Assembly (NCBI GenBank): GCA_002104945.1
Contig: MCFH01000032.1
Span: forward strand, 62,001 to 126,000
DNA from: Piromyces finnis finn
Lineage: Eukaryota; Fungi; Neocallimastigomycota
Length of the DNA: 64,000 bases
Direction: 5' to 3'
Below the pieces are notes generated by a model that was not told where the DNA came from, searched no databases, and saw only the letters and a list, made by a program, of their open reading frames with translations. A program made the position numbers and the translations under genes. The stretch's first letter is position 1, and each line of letters opens with the position of its first letter. This document shows, in pieces, positions 13,353 through 26,707 of the stretch.

Positions 13353-14291
13353 AAGTAAGTAAGGAGGAAGGCTCTTTAATCTAGAAGGAAAGAAAAAAAG
13401 TTAAAACATTTTAGTATTGAATAACAATAAAATAATGGTTGTAATATTTATTTAATAATAATAGAAAAAAAAAAGAGAAAATCTAAAAAAAAAAAAACAA
13501 CATTTGAATATTCTTTTTTTAAGTGCGGTTAAGATGATTAAAAATAAGCAATCTTTTTTTTTTTTTAAAAAAAATCAAAACTTTTTACTCCTCTAAAAAG
13601 GTGTATAAAATACTATTTTTATCAATTTTTTTCCAATTGTTAATACTACTATTAACTATTAATGATCACGTATAAAAAAAAAAAAAAAAAAAAAAAAAGA
13701 AATATAATGAACCATTTTTTTTTTTTTTTAAAAAATTAAACTTTTAAAATAGGAAGGAAAAGCTTTTGATTAAAAATTAAAAAAAAAATTATTTTATTTA
13801 TTTATTAATAGATTAACGTTTTTCAAAAGAAAAAAGTAAAAAAAAAAAAAGTTAATTAGGATCATTCTCTTTATTTTTTTTTCTTTTCTTTTTTTTTTTT
13901 GGAAAAAGAAAAAGAAAAAGAAATGATTACGTTATTAGAATTATAATAATAGTAATTTTAAAAAAAAAAATAAAATAAAATAAAAAAAATAAATAGTACA
14001 TATATATATATAGTGTGTGTGTGTGTGTGTGTATGTATAATGAAAAAAAAAAAAATATTTAAATTTCAATATTTTCATTGTCTTTTAATAGCTTTTTTTT
14101 TTTTTTTTTTTTTCTTTTCCATCTTTTGATATATTCGTACTATAATTTGGTATAAGTATTAAAAAGTTATAAAAAAAATTTTTTTAATATATTATTTAAT
14201 AATTATATAAAGAATATATAGATATACATATTTCTTTTCATATTATATATAAATTAATAATTATTAAATGAATTAAACTGAAAAGTAGGTG

Positions 14292-14324
<33 letters not shown>

Positions 14325-14939
14325 ATAGAAGAATAATAAAGAATATTACTTGACATTTGACTAATATTATTATAATAATAATAAAAAAAAAAAAAAGGTG
14401 GATAAAATAAATTCTATTATAAATTGATTTATCTTGTTGTAAAAAAAAAAAATAAAAATAAAATACTAATAAAAAGATTGCTTATTTTAATAATTCTATT
14501 TTATTTTTAGCGAGTCTATCTCCATTTTATAGTGTATAGTGTTGTTCATTAAATTGTTGATTTCTAATAAATAAATGAAAAAAAAAGTTGAATTATACTG
14601 TTGTTGTTATTATTTATATTTATATATATATTTCTTCTATTGAAATAATTGATAATAATGGATTGTAAACTTTTTTTTTTCAAAAAAAAATAAATTGTTG
14701 ATTATATTGTGTATATATCTTTCATTTAGATTATTGTCGGTCGAAAGATTATTTAATTTTTTTTTTCTCCATTTTATAAAATATAGTAATTTTTTTTTTT
14801 ATCTTTTCTCTTTCTTTAAAAATAATATTATAGTATTATATATATGTAATATTAAATATTTGTATATAAACTTTTTTTTTTATTTATTTCTAATAAATAC
14901 TTTTTTCTTTTTAAAATAGAAAAAAAAAATTAAACTGCC

Positions 14940-17900
14940 TTAAAAGTCCTATTTTTTTTTATATTATAGAATAGTATATTAAAAAAAAAATATGAATAAA
15001 ATGAAAGGTGGATCATAAAAAATTTTTTTTTTTTTTAAAATAATAATAATAATTACCTTGAATAATTCTTCATAAGGATCTTCACCTTCTTCACCATAAG
15101 AGACATTAATTTCGGGGTAGGATTCAAAGTGACCTGCATCACCTTCATAACGAACATTTGGAATAAATGGTGGTGTAATTTCTAAACGAGCGACTTTATC
15201 CCAATCAACACCAGCAAACCATAAATGATTCTTTATATCTTCACTTCCACCCTTTAAATTACCATAACGATTGGTTAAATCTGAAGTAATTAAATGCTTT
15301 AATAAATTTTTAACCACTGGATTAATATGATCTGGCCAATATATTTTACCAGCTAAAATCTTTTTATATAATTTGACACGATCTTCATCGTAGAAAGGTG
15401 GGAAACCACATAACATTTCATAGATAAGAATACCTAGGGTATACCAATCAATGGATTTACCATAGGCCTTCATTTGAATGGCTTCTGGGGCAAGGTATTC
15501 AGGTGTACCACAAAGGGTATAGGTAATATCTGGAACGTATTTTGCAAAACCGAAATCAATAATCTTGATATGACCAGTGTTATCCAACAATATATTTTCT
15601 GGCTTAAGATCACGATAAATAATATCCATAGAATGAAGATAATCAAAAGCTACAATAACTTCAGCAGCATAGAATTTAGCAACATTATTAGGGAAACGTT
15701 GATATCTTCTTAAACAAGTAAATAATTCACCACCACAAACATAATCGGTAAGGAAAAAGATATGTTGAGCATCTTGGAAGGTATTTTGTAATTTAACAAA
15801 GAATGGATGACGAACATTTTCTAAAATTCTCTTTTCATTCATGGTATGTTCTACTTGATGATTCTTGACGACACATGATTTTTTAATGGCTTTCATAGCA
15901 TAATATTTTCCATTTTCTTTAGAACGGACTAAATGAACTCTTCCAAAAGTACCAGTACCAAGAGTTTGTAAAATAATAATAGAATTCAAGTTAAAACTAC
16001 TATCAAGATTTTGTTTATTGGAAACCAATAATGGGTTGATGGTGGAAGGAACGACTGGAGGTACAACAAGGTTAGCATTTCTTTCTTGTTCTTCCTTTAT
16101 TTTCTTTTCTTGTTCTTCCATTTGTCTTTGTTGTTGTTGTTGCATTTGACGTTGTTGTGTTTGTTGTTGTAACATATGAATTAATTGTTGGTGTTGTTGT
16201 TGTTGTTGTTGTTGTTGTAATTGATGTTGTAATTGGAGTTGTTTCATTTGTTTTTGTTGTTGTAATTGATGTTGTAATTGGAGTTGTTGTAATTGTTTTT
16301 GTTGTAATTGTTGTTGTAACTGATTCATATTAGATGGTAATAATGGATTAATTATTGGTCGATTTTCTTTTTCATTGATGGCTGTTATGGTTGGTGGTGC
16401 AGCACTAGATGGAACAGTAATTAGAGGTGGTTGAATAGATTGTTCTTGTGGTTCTAATTTTGATTCTTTATCTTCTTCCTCTTCTTCTTCTTCTTTTATG
16501 GTTTCAAGTTCTTCTTCCTCTTCTTCTTCTTCTTTTATGGTTTCAAGTTCTTCTTCCTCTTCTTCTTCTTCTTCTTGAATTGTATCTATATTTCTTTCTT
16601 CCTTCATAATTGGCTCTGGTTCAGTTTCATTTTCTATTGGAGCTTCTGTCATGTCTTGATCCATAGCATCACTTTCAGGAATTTCTTCTGGAATTGACAT
16701 GATATTTAATGGTTTAATGAATACGTTTTCATTTATTGTATTTAATGATGACATCATTGGATTTTCATTTATTGTATTCAATGGTTTTATTGTAGAATTA
16801 ATAGTATTATTTACGATATTATTATTTATAAATGGTTTTTCTTCTTGAATCTTTATTTGTGTTGCCTTGTTAACTAATAAATATAAAAAAAATTATTATA
16901 TATGAATAATAGTGACAATAATAAAATGACATTTTTTTAAAATAATTGAAATCGACGGATTTTTATATAACATGTTTTTTTTTAATTAAAATAATTGATA
17001 TAGTTTGATTTTTATAAAATAATAGTTGTATAAATTTTATGTTTTTTTTTTAAGTAGAAAAATTTTATAATAAATAGATAATATTGGTGTGAATAAAGAA
17101 AATCAAGTCATGCTAAAAAATAATATTTATAATAAAAATTTTATATCAATAGATAGATAGAAAAAAAAGGGTTTATTTTACCTGGACTATCTGGAATGGA
17201 AGTAAGGTTAGGTTTATTAAAAGAATTTGCCTTTAATTTATTCAAGAGAGCACTAGTAGAACCAAAGTTTAAATTCATTTTATTATTAGCAAATGTATTC
17301 TTATTAGCGTAGGTACTTTTATAATTTTTAAAAGTATTTGGGAAAGGACCAGCATTAATATTTGGATGATTTAATTTTATATTGAATGGGAAAGTATTTG
17401 CATTATGAGGTGTATTGATGATTTTATTAATATTGGAGTAATTATTATTGGCAAAAGCGATTTTAGAATGATTAAGAGGTGGTGATATTGGTTTCTTTGG
17501 TGATTCTATATTCATTAAATCTAAAGTATTTTTACTTGGTAACTCTGGAACTTGATCTTCTTCTTCTTCTTCTTCTATAATACTATCACTAACTAATGGA
17601 TTATTGCTAAGGAATTTTCTATTATTGTTAAAAGCTATACGAAATAAATTATGAAAAAAAAATGTATTAATAAATCTCTTTTATCCTTATAAAAACTATA
17701 TAAAGAAGGGTAATTTGAAAATAGTATTAATAGTATTGATAAATGGTGTTGATACTGTTGATAGTATTAATAATATAGTAATATTAATAGCATTGATAAA
17801 ATTAATACTACTATACTATTAATACTATCAAAACCATCAACACTATTACCGTACTATTAATATTATCAATACTGTTACTGTACTATTAATATTATCAACA

Positions 17901-18421
17901 CTGTTACTGTACTATTAATACTATCAACACTATTACTGTACTATTAATACTATCAACACTGTTTTACTATCAACATTATGTTACTATACTATTAATACTA
18001 TTTATATTATCAACTCTAACACTATCGTTATTATATCATTAAAAAAAAAAAACTTACTTTTTGGTTGGAAATTGGATAAATTCTTATTTATTCCATTTTT
18101 ATTACTAATAAGTGGATGAAAGTTATTCTTAACATTTGAAAAAGTATTTTGACCAAGGGATGGGCCAACCTTGGATTGAAAAACGTATTTTTGAGTCGAT
18201 TTATTACTTAATTGAGTGTAGGCGTTGGTGGATGAAGAAGAAAGAGGATTTGTGATAGTATTGTTGGCATTAAACTTTGGAATACCTACTGATAAAGTTT
18301 CAGCTTCAATTTTAGTATTCATAGAATTCATAGGAATATCCATGACCATATTATTCTCTTTATTATTATCATGATCCATAGTCATATCATCACTTTCTTC
18401 TTCCTCCATTAATGGAGCCAT
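14940..18421 (-). CDS. pkaC: cAMP-dependent protein kinase catalytic subunit (PKA-C), at least 4 exons (18421-18058, 17634-17182, 16873-15057, 14948-14940), ~880 aa
   Basis: Motifs LGTGTFGRVHL, YAMKAIKK, RFPNNVAKFYAAEV (fungal TPK-like), YRDLKPEN, DFG and TLCGTPEYLAPE. The C-terminal FxxF motif (ELFKDF*) is restored by a 9-nt last exon (AAG|GTAATT at 15056; ATAG|GACTTTTAA). Upstream ORFs 18002-18421 and 17141-17515 join in frame via phase-1 GT-AG introns (total 2643 nt). The true start may lie further upstream (possible acceptor near 18440). Confidence 0.93.
17745..18001. repeat. Degenerate intronic tandem repeat (TACTATTAATAYTATCAACACTRTTACTG, ~29-30-bp unit)
   Basis: About 5-6 imperfect copies between 17810 and 18000, plus an inverse-like GATAGTATTAATA run at 17745-17790, in the first reconstructed PKA intron. 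Confidence 0.75.
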
Positions 18422-21400
18422 AGTATTTTCAAAATTCTGTTTTATCCGTTTTTTTTTTTATTACATATATATAATATTTCATTTAGTCACTTTTTTCTTT
18501 ATATATTTTTTTAATGTTTTTATCATTTAATATACTATTATAACTTTTTATTTTTATCATTATTATTACCTTTTTTTGAAGAATAGTATTCTCTTCGGTC
18601 ATTAACATCTTGATTCTATATATATTACACTATTTATAACTGAAGATAATATTCAATAATTTAAAATAAAATAAAAAATTAATCACTGCCATTAAAAAAA
18701 TAGGCTTTGATAAAAAAATTTTTTTTTAGATTTAAATAAAATTAGTATTTTTATTGAACAGTTTTTAACAGATACTTCAAATGTAAAATGAATTGTTACT
18801 TATATATATTTGTATTTGTATATTTTTTATAAAGCCTATCAAGTTTGGTTTTAGCCTTAAAATAAATAATATTAATATTATTATTGTTGCTATTATTTTT
18901 TTCAATTACCGATCTTTTTTTTTTTTTAACAATTATTTTTATTGATCTTTTGAAAATTTTAAAACACTTTTATTGAAAAAGAATTTTTTTTTGTTACTTT
19001 TTTGTTTATCTGAAATTGTATATTTTTTATCAAATTTTTTGTCAAAATAATCTATTGTTAAAAAATACACATTGTATCTATTGTATCCGTATCCATTATA
19101 TACATTGTACACATATATATATTCTTTTTTTTTTCTCGGTTTAAAATAAAAATAAATTATAATTGTATATCTATTCTTTTTTCACTAGTGTAACCGACTT
19201 TTAAATCTTTTTGGGTAATACAACAAAGTTTATTGTCTCGTTATAGTATTGACTTTACAAATACTATTTTATCTAAATCTAAAAATAAAATTAAATATTT
19301 ATATATATATATAAATAAAGATAGATACTTTGACAAGTTTAACTTTTTGGAAATAGAATATGACGACGACAGATATTTATTTTAAAAAGTATATAAATGA
19401 AATTATTGTATTTCTCTTTGACAAACTTTTTTTTTTTTTTAAAAAAAAAAGAGGATATTCTTTTTGTTAATAAAAATAAAAAATTAAAAATTCTTTAAAT
19501 ATATATGTATATACTATTTTTTTTTCGAGATTTTAAAACTGAATTGACGACAAAGGAAGAAGCTTTTTTAAGAGTTAATAATATTAAAAAAAAACAATAA
19601 CTTTTATATATATGTTAATTTTTTTAATTAAATTATAATATATAAAAGTTATTATTTTCTTTTCTTTTTTTTTTTTTCCTTTTAACTTTAAATTATTTTA
19701 TTATTATGTTTTTTTTTTTAAAAAAAAAAAAGCTTCACAAGAAATATAAATATATTTAAATTTTGGTACTTTTTAAAAGTATTAGTACTACTTTGAATTA
19801 ATTTTTATCACTTTTTTTTTTTTGCTTATTTTTTTTATTATATATTTTCTTATGTCTATTTGTATCCTTCCTTTATTATATTATTTGAAGTAGGGTGTGG
19901 GTGTGGGTGGTGCTTGTTAATTGAATATAACAGATGAATAATTAGGATGTTGTATTAAGTAATAGATTATTAATTAAATTCTTTTATTTTTTTTTTAATT
20001 ATTAATAATTAGTGACACTCTCAATAATAATATAATCAACTTTTATTGATATTAATTCAACATTGAACTTTTTTTTTTTTTTGGATTGATTGAGAATTTA
20101 CAAAAAATTTCAAACTTTTTTTTTTTTATAAAAAGGATAAATAGAAAAAAAAAAATTTTTTTTTTATTTTAAAATTATTATTTTTTAAATTTTTTTATAA
20201 TAAAAAAAGTTTATTAAAAAAAAAAAATTAAAATTTTAAGGAAATGTAAAATGCGATGCCTTTTTTTTTTTTTTACAAGAAAAAAGCTTGAAGTTTTTTT
20301 TTTTTACAAGAAAAAGTTGGAAATTCAATTGAAGAAAGGAAGGAATATCTGAATATTTGAATAATTAAAGAAAAGAAAAGAAATAGTATTAATCAATGAA
20401 TTGATCTTGATAATCTATTAATTTTTATCTATGGCTATGAACATTGAAAAAAAAGGCCAAACCAACAATTTTGGTGCTTGCTTTTCTCGGAGATTTTTTG
20501 GTTATTTTAAACCACATTTTAAAAGAATAAATATTTAATAATATTTAATAATAATAATAATTATTATTATTATTAATTATAATAATTGATAAAATAATAA
20601 CTATTAATTATAATTATTAATAATAAATATTAATAAATACTTTTTAATTATAATATTTAATAATAATACACAATTATTAATTATTATTATTATTATTATT
20701 AAATATTTATTATTTATTAATTATTACTATTTATTATCCTATTTATTAATAATCCTATTATTCTATGATCCTTTTTTATTATTTTTAGTTTGTTTTTTTT
20801 ACACAATACTAATTAATTTATTTAAATAATATAATAAATTAAATTTATATTAAATATCTAATGAAACTAAATTTTAATAAATATAATATCGAAAATATTT
20901 AATTTATTTTATATTAAAGTTGATTCCTTGTCATATAAAATAAATTAAATATTAAAACAAAATAAATTAAAAAAATAATATTTTATTAAAAATAAATTGA
21001 TTTAATAAATTAAATTAATATATTATGAGTTATTTCATATTGTATAACAAACTTTATTTAATAATATTATTTTACTGGAAGGAATGGCTAAAATTTGGCA
21101 GGTTGGAGGGTTGAAAAAGATGAAGAGTTGAAAAAGAAGAAAGGTTGAAAAGTTAAAAAGTTGATATTAATAAAAAGTAAAGATTATTACTGTTCATTAC
21201 TATTTTGTTACTATTTAGTTAATCTTTGTTAATTTTTAATTCTTTTGTTTTATTTTTTAAAATTCCTTTTTTAGTTGTAAAAAAAAAAAAAGGTAAGAAT
21301 TGAATTTTTATAATGAAAATGCGGCAATGAATGAAAAAAACAAGCAAAAAAAAACTTTTTAAAATCAAGTTTTTTTTTTTTATTATTCATTAACAACAAA

Positions 21401-22829
21401 TCGGCGGTGATTTAAAAAAAAAAGCTTTTTTTTTTTTTCCTTTTAAATTTGAATTTGAAATCTATTTCAGTTTGAAAAAAAAAAAAAGTTTGAATTATTT
21501 TTTTTCTTTCTTTCTCTTTTACTAATAAACATTTAACAATCAAACAGACAAACAAACAAAAAAGTATGAAAATATAAAAAGCTTGCTTTTGATTTTGATG
21601 GATGACTTTTAAATGTATTTATTTTGATTTAAATTTAATATATGGTATCTAATATTTTATTGGTGGAAAATAATGTTAAAAAAAACGGCAGGAATGGGAA
21701 AGAGAGCCATTCAATTCATTTATAATGATAATGATATGAAATAAGGAAAAGAAAAATATAAAAGAGAAATAAATAATTAAAAGGAATGATTAAAAGAAAA
21801 TGGTAAAAGGAAAATTAATAGTTACAAAAATAGATTCATCCTATTTTATAGGACATATTCTATTATAAAAAAATTTTGTTCTATAGAAAAAAAATTAATA
21901 GTGGTGGTAGTACTAAAAGTCTAAAAGTACTATTAATTTATTACTTGTTGTAGTGTTAAACCTTGTTATCACCATAACTAGTATTAAATATTATTAAAAA
22001 GGAAGGGTCGAACCTCTATTTCTAATAATAATAAAACTTTTTATTATTTTTTAAACTGAAAAAAAAAAAAAAAAGAGTAAAAATGTTAATGTATGATCCA
22101 TCGATCGATCGAAAGGAATTAAAATTTATTTATCAAAAGTATTAAATAGAAAAATAAATTTTAATTCCTTTCAAAGTATAATACTACTACGATTAATACT
22201 AATAATAAGTAGAAGAAAAAAAAAGAATAGATTTTAATGTTTTTTTTAAAAAAAAAAAAAAAAAAAGATAGTATCGTTAAAATCGCCAAAAATCTAGGAT
22301 AAATACTAATTCATTATAATAAAATCACCATACAATCACATGTTTTATTCTAATTAAATTTATTCAAACAATACATTTATATATGTTGAATTAGCATTAA
22401 TAAAATAATATTAATTAAAGTTTATATTTCTTTCCAACCAACCAAAATTAAAACTATCATCAATTGTGTAACACATTGTAGTATAATACAATATATTTAT
22501 AATATATTATAATATATACGTAATACTAATTGTAATATATTATTAATACATTTGTACAACCTTTTTTTTAAAAAAAAAATGCCAAAATTTTATTTTCCGA
22601 CAATAAGTGCTGAAGGGTGAACTTTTTATTATTGTCATTATTATTATTATTATTATTATTTCAAAAATAAAAAAAAAAAAAAAAGAGGTTTAATTCTTTG
22701 GTATGTTATGTATATTGGTATTAAAAAGAATGAAACCGAAATTATCTATCTTTGAAGAGTTTTTTTTTTTTTTAGGGTAGATGGATGGTTATTTCAATTT
22801 AATTCCACTCTAGATTTAATTAAAATAAA

Positions 22830-25400
22830 ATTTTCTTTTTAAAGTTATACATCATGAGTAAATTTAAAAATGTATCTACACCTTCCATTTCTTGGATTTG
22901 AAATTTAAAATATACTTGATATTGTCTTCTTTATTATCTTTGTTAACAAAAACTTAATTTGTTCCAATCGAATTCTAATGAAATTATTATTTCAAGAAGA
23001 TATTCTAAAAATACTTGTACGCGTAATAATAATTATTTTATCATATTATTATTCATAGATGAGATCAATAAAATAATTATCCAATACTGATATTTCTCCC
23101 CATTTTTTTTTTAGGAATGGAAACAATATCGGCCGGGTGATTTCTTCTTTATAAGAATTAAAAAAAAAAAGTTATTATCCCAAATTTGGTTAAATTAATT
23201 ATATATAAAAACTATGATTATTATTAGCAAAAGTTTTATTTTCAAAGAGATTTTTTTTTTTTTTAATCAAAAGAATTGTTATTAAAGGTAGTGCTCAATC
23301 GGGATACTCTCTCTGGATCCAAAGATTTTAAAGTTTTGTCTTCATCGATAAGAAATAGGCAAGAGTAGTAAGGAATTTCAAATAAAAAAAAAATAATATT
23401 TGGTAGATATGTGCATTTTTTTATTTTTTAAATGGGTATAAAAATTTTTTCTTTAAAATTATTAGTGTTATTGCTAATAGAGTAATAATCTTTTGACTAT
23501 CATTCCTTATTTAAACCATTTTTATGGAGAAAAAGAGAGGAAAAAAATGAAATAGGTTTAAAAAAGAAACTTGACTTTTTATACTACAACCGACCTAATC
23601 CTATACTACTAGAGAATGAAAAAAAAAAAGATATCTAGTATTTAAAAAAAAAAAAAAGAGTATGACTGTCCTTAAAGTAGGGGGGAGGTGAATCTATTAC
23701 TTTCTATATTTTTTCAATCCATTTCATTTCTTATTAGTAAAAAAAAAAAAAAAAAAGATATATCTATTCAAATCAATTCAAGTTCTTTAATATATATTTT
23801 ATTAAACTTGAGATTAAAAGAAATGATTTTTTTTTTTTGATTTTTGATTTATTAGGAAAAGAATTAATTAAAATATTTCAAAGCATCTTTATTTCTTTAG
23901 AGAATGAATTATTTCATCATTCTTGAATTTAATTAAAAATACCTCTTTACTCAATTTTCTTTTATCTTCTGTAGAATTAAAAAAAATGATTTACCTAAAA
24001 AAATTTTTTATTTTCAACTACTTATTAAACCCTATGGATAAATAAATAAAGAAAAAAAGAGGGCAGAAAACACCTTTTTTTCTATTAATGAAATAAGAAA
24101 AAAAAAAAAATAAAAAATGATGAGATTTCTATATAATATGTTTTTTTTTTTTTTTTTTTATGTTTTATCCCTACTAATTATCCCCAATTTTTTACATTTA
24201 TCATGAACTTTAAAAAGTTTTTATTAATAAAATTACTTTATTTTTAAATGAAAAAAAAAAAATCTTTCCTTTTTTTGTACAAAGATTCAGGTAATTTTTA
24301 TTAGATAAATAGAAGAAGAAGAAGGGAAAAAAAAAAGGCATTAAAATAGATCTATTTATTAATATTGATATTGATAAAATGGTTAATACTAATATATTGA
24401 TAATTTATACTTTATCCTAGATATTGGAAGGATTTAGCCAGAATTTCTAGCCAATGTTAAAAAAAAAAAAAAAAAGTATTTTTAACAATACATCATATAT
24501 CATAATTTATTATATGCAAATTTCAATATCAATATATTAACTATTATATCTTGAAATACATATAATAAATAGTATTTTTTTTTTTTTTTTTTGCTGCTAC
24601 AAAAGTATCACTCTAAAAGAGAATTTGTTCCAAACCATCAAACTTTCTGCCCCTTTTTTCATTTCGAATGAAATAATAATTATGTTTAGTTGTTATTTAT
24701 GACTATATTATAAAAGAATTATACATTACTAATGAATTTTTTTTTTACTTTAACAAGAATAGTATTGATGTTCTTGATTATTTATGGTGTTAGCCATTTT
24801 TTTAAAGTTATCAAACTTTTTATTTTCATCTTGCTTCTTTTCATAATCGGACGGCCAATAGTCACCAATAATTTAAGAGAAAATTTTTTTTTTTTTAGAC
24901 TAGAATACACATTTTCTAGTATTTATTTAATTTATGATTTAGGTAATATTAATAGTGATATAATAAATAATAAATGAAAAAAAAAAAAAATAATAATAAT
25001 AAAATATATAAAGATATAAAGTAAAAAAAAAAAAATTAAAGTTGCATAAAAGTTCAATAAACTCTGTAATTTGTACTCTATGGAATTGATTTCTACCGAA
25101 TAAATTAAAAGAAATAACATCAGGTAGGAATAGTGTGATGTCCACTAAAAACTCTCCCATGAGAGCTCATTAGATTTTCATTTCAAACATTGAACTCTGT
25201 ATTACTGGAACATTAGGAATATTCCTTTACCATATCAATACGATATCGGCGCTCTCTTGATAACATTAGGTAGTCTTACTAAACCTATCAAAAAAAGTAG
25301 CTTCATTAAGCTACTGATGATAAGGATTGTATTTTTTTTTTTTTTTTTTGTAAGAAAAAAAAAAAAAAAAAAACCGTGAAACCCTCTACCTATAGAATAT
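22830..25400 (-). mobile_element. Heavily decayed non-LTR retrotransposon (LINE) ORF2 relic: AP-endonuclease to reverse-transcriptase region
   Basis: On the minus strand, broken by stops, frameshifts and A/T runs, motifs occur in LINE ORF2 order: GRGFHG (~25375-25395), NP..LNEATF..VRLPN..ESADI (~25330-25240), IIGD (~24865), FNQIWDNNF (~23194-23168), ADIVSIPKKKWGEISVLDNY (~23135-23075), NNFIR..EQ (~22990-22960). These match the fungal LINE consensus FNKIWD..P.EW..ASIVSIPKKGDLSD.NNYRGISL....NFIRPEQFGF (recalled). Confidence 0.6.
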
Positions 25401-26707
25401 GTGAACCCGATGAACTGTAAAAAGCTTGTCCCTTCAAAATGTTTTTGTTCTGTCGTCTTATTGATTTATAGTTCAAAGTTAAAGTTCCACCACCAAAAAA
25501 AAAAAAGGTAACTATATATATTTGTATATTTGTATATAGTTATAAATTATTTTTCTTACTTTCATTTTAGGGTCATGGTTTGATAGGAATATTTAATAGA
25601 AAGCCTATCCAAAAAAAAAATGTGAATAAGACTTTTTTTTTTTTGAGGTAAAGATTTATTGAAAATATTTTATCACCTGTAGACACTTTATATAATTTTT
25701 TTTTTTTTTTTTTGTTAAAGAGATTAAAAAAAATAGAAATTGAATTGTATAGACTTTTTCCAAGGTCAAGTTTTGTTTTGTTTATTAATGGAAAAATAAA
25801 TAAACTACTCCATTTTTCCATTTTTTTTCCATTTTTTTTTTTTTTTTTTTTACAAAACCTAAATGATTCAGGGTTTGACGATGAGAGAAAGAATAGACTT
25901 TGAAATAGGGAAAATAAAAAAAATAAAAAAAAAAAATCGATTTATTATAATTTTTATTATTTTTATTATATAAATTTTTTTTTATTTATTTTTTTTTTTT
26001 TTATTTTTTTTACAAATTAAATTTGTAAAGTGAATTGTTAGAGAGTAAAAAAAAAAAAAAAAAAAAGGAAGAATTAAATAAATGGTTTAATACTAAAATT
26101 TTATTTTATAATGAAGAGGTGGTTGGTAAAGGATAACATTTTTTTTTAACTTTTTTTTTTTTTTTACTTTTCCCTCTTTGTTGCATTTTACATAAAATAA
26201 ATGAGGGTAAGTCATCCTTGAAATTAAGAGATAGTTTTTCTTTTTTTTTTTTTTTTTTTTTTTCCTTTACATCTTTTTTTTTTTTTTTTTTTTCCTTTAC
26301 AAATGTTGCTTATATTTTTTAATTCTTTTTAATTACTATTATTTTTTTTAAAAAAATAAAAAAAAAAAAAAAAAAAGTAGTAGTAGTAGTAGTAGTAGTT
26401 ATAATTTATTAACATTAATTTTATTATTAAAAAAAAAAAAATAATAACTAAATGATGATAATGGATTAATATAATTATATTTTATTTTTTCTTTTTTTTT
26501 TTTTAAATAAAAAATAATAAAAAAAAATTGTAAAATAAAAAAATATATATTTTCATTGTACTTTTAATATTTTTTTTTTTTATTATTTTTTCGTTTTTTT
26601 TTTTTTGTTCCATTTTAAATTTTGAAAAGATATATATATAAATAGATTATAAATATTTAGGGTAATCGTTGTTGTTGTTGTTGTTGTTGTTATAAAGATG
26701 ATATTAT

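Noticed and set aside
11387-14919. Short F/I/K/Y-rich ORFs (11387, 14695; similar ones at 25573, 30133, 33203, 46202, 50260, 52691, 55887, 57315, 63738)
   Set aside because: Their composition comes from A/T homopolymers and microsatellites; no motifs and no codon structure like the real genes.
18545-18612. Possible additional 5' PKA exon (TAG|AATCAAGAT...AAAAAG|GTAAT on the minus strand)
   Set aside because: The phase is compatible with an acceptor near 18440, but no upstream start exon could be identified, so it is left out of the gene model.
21060-21180. G-rich patch considered as tRNA or other ncRNA
   Set aside because: No cloverleaf, A/B boxes or complementary stems; it is a purine-rich degenerate repeat (GTTGAAAAAG).
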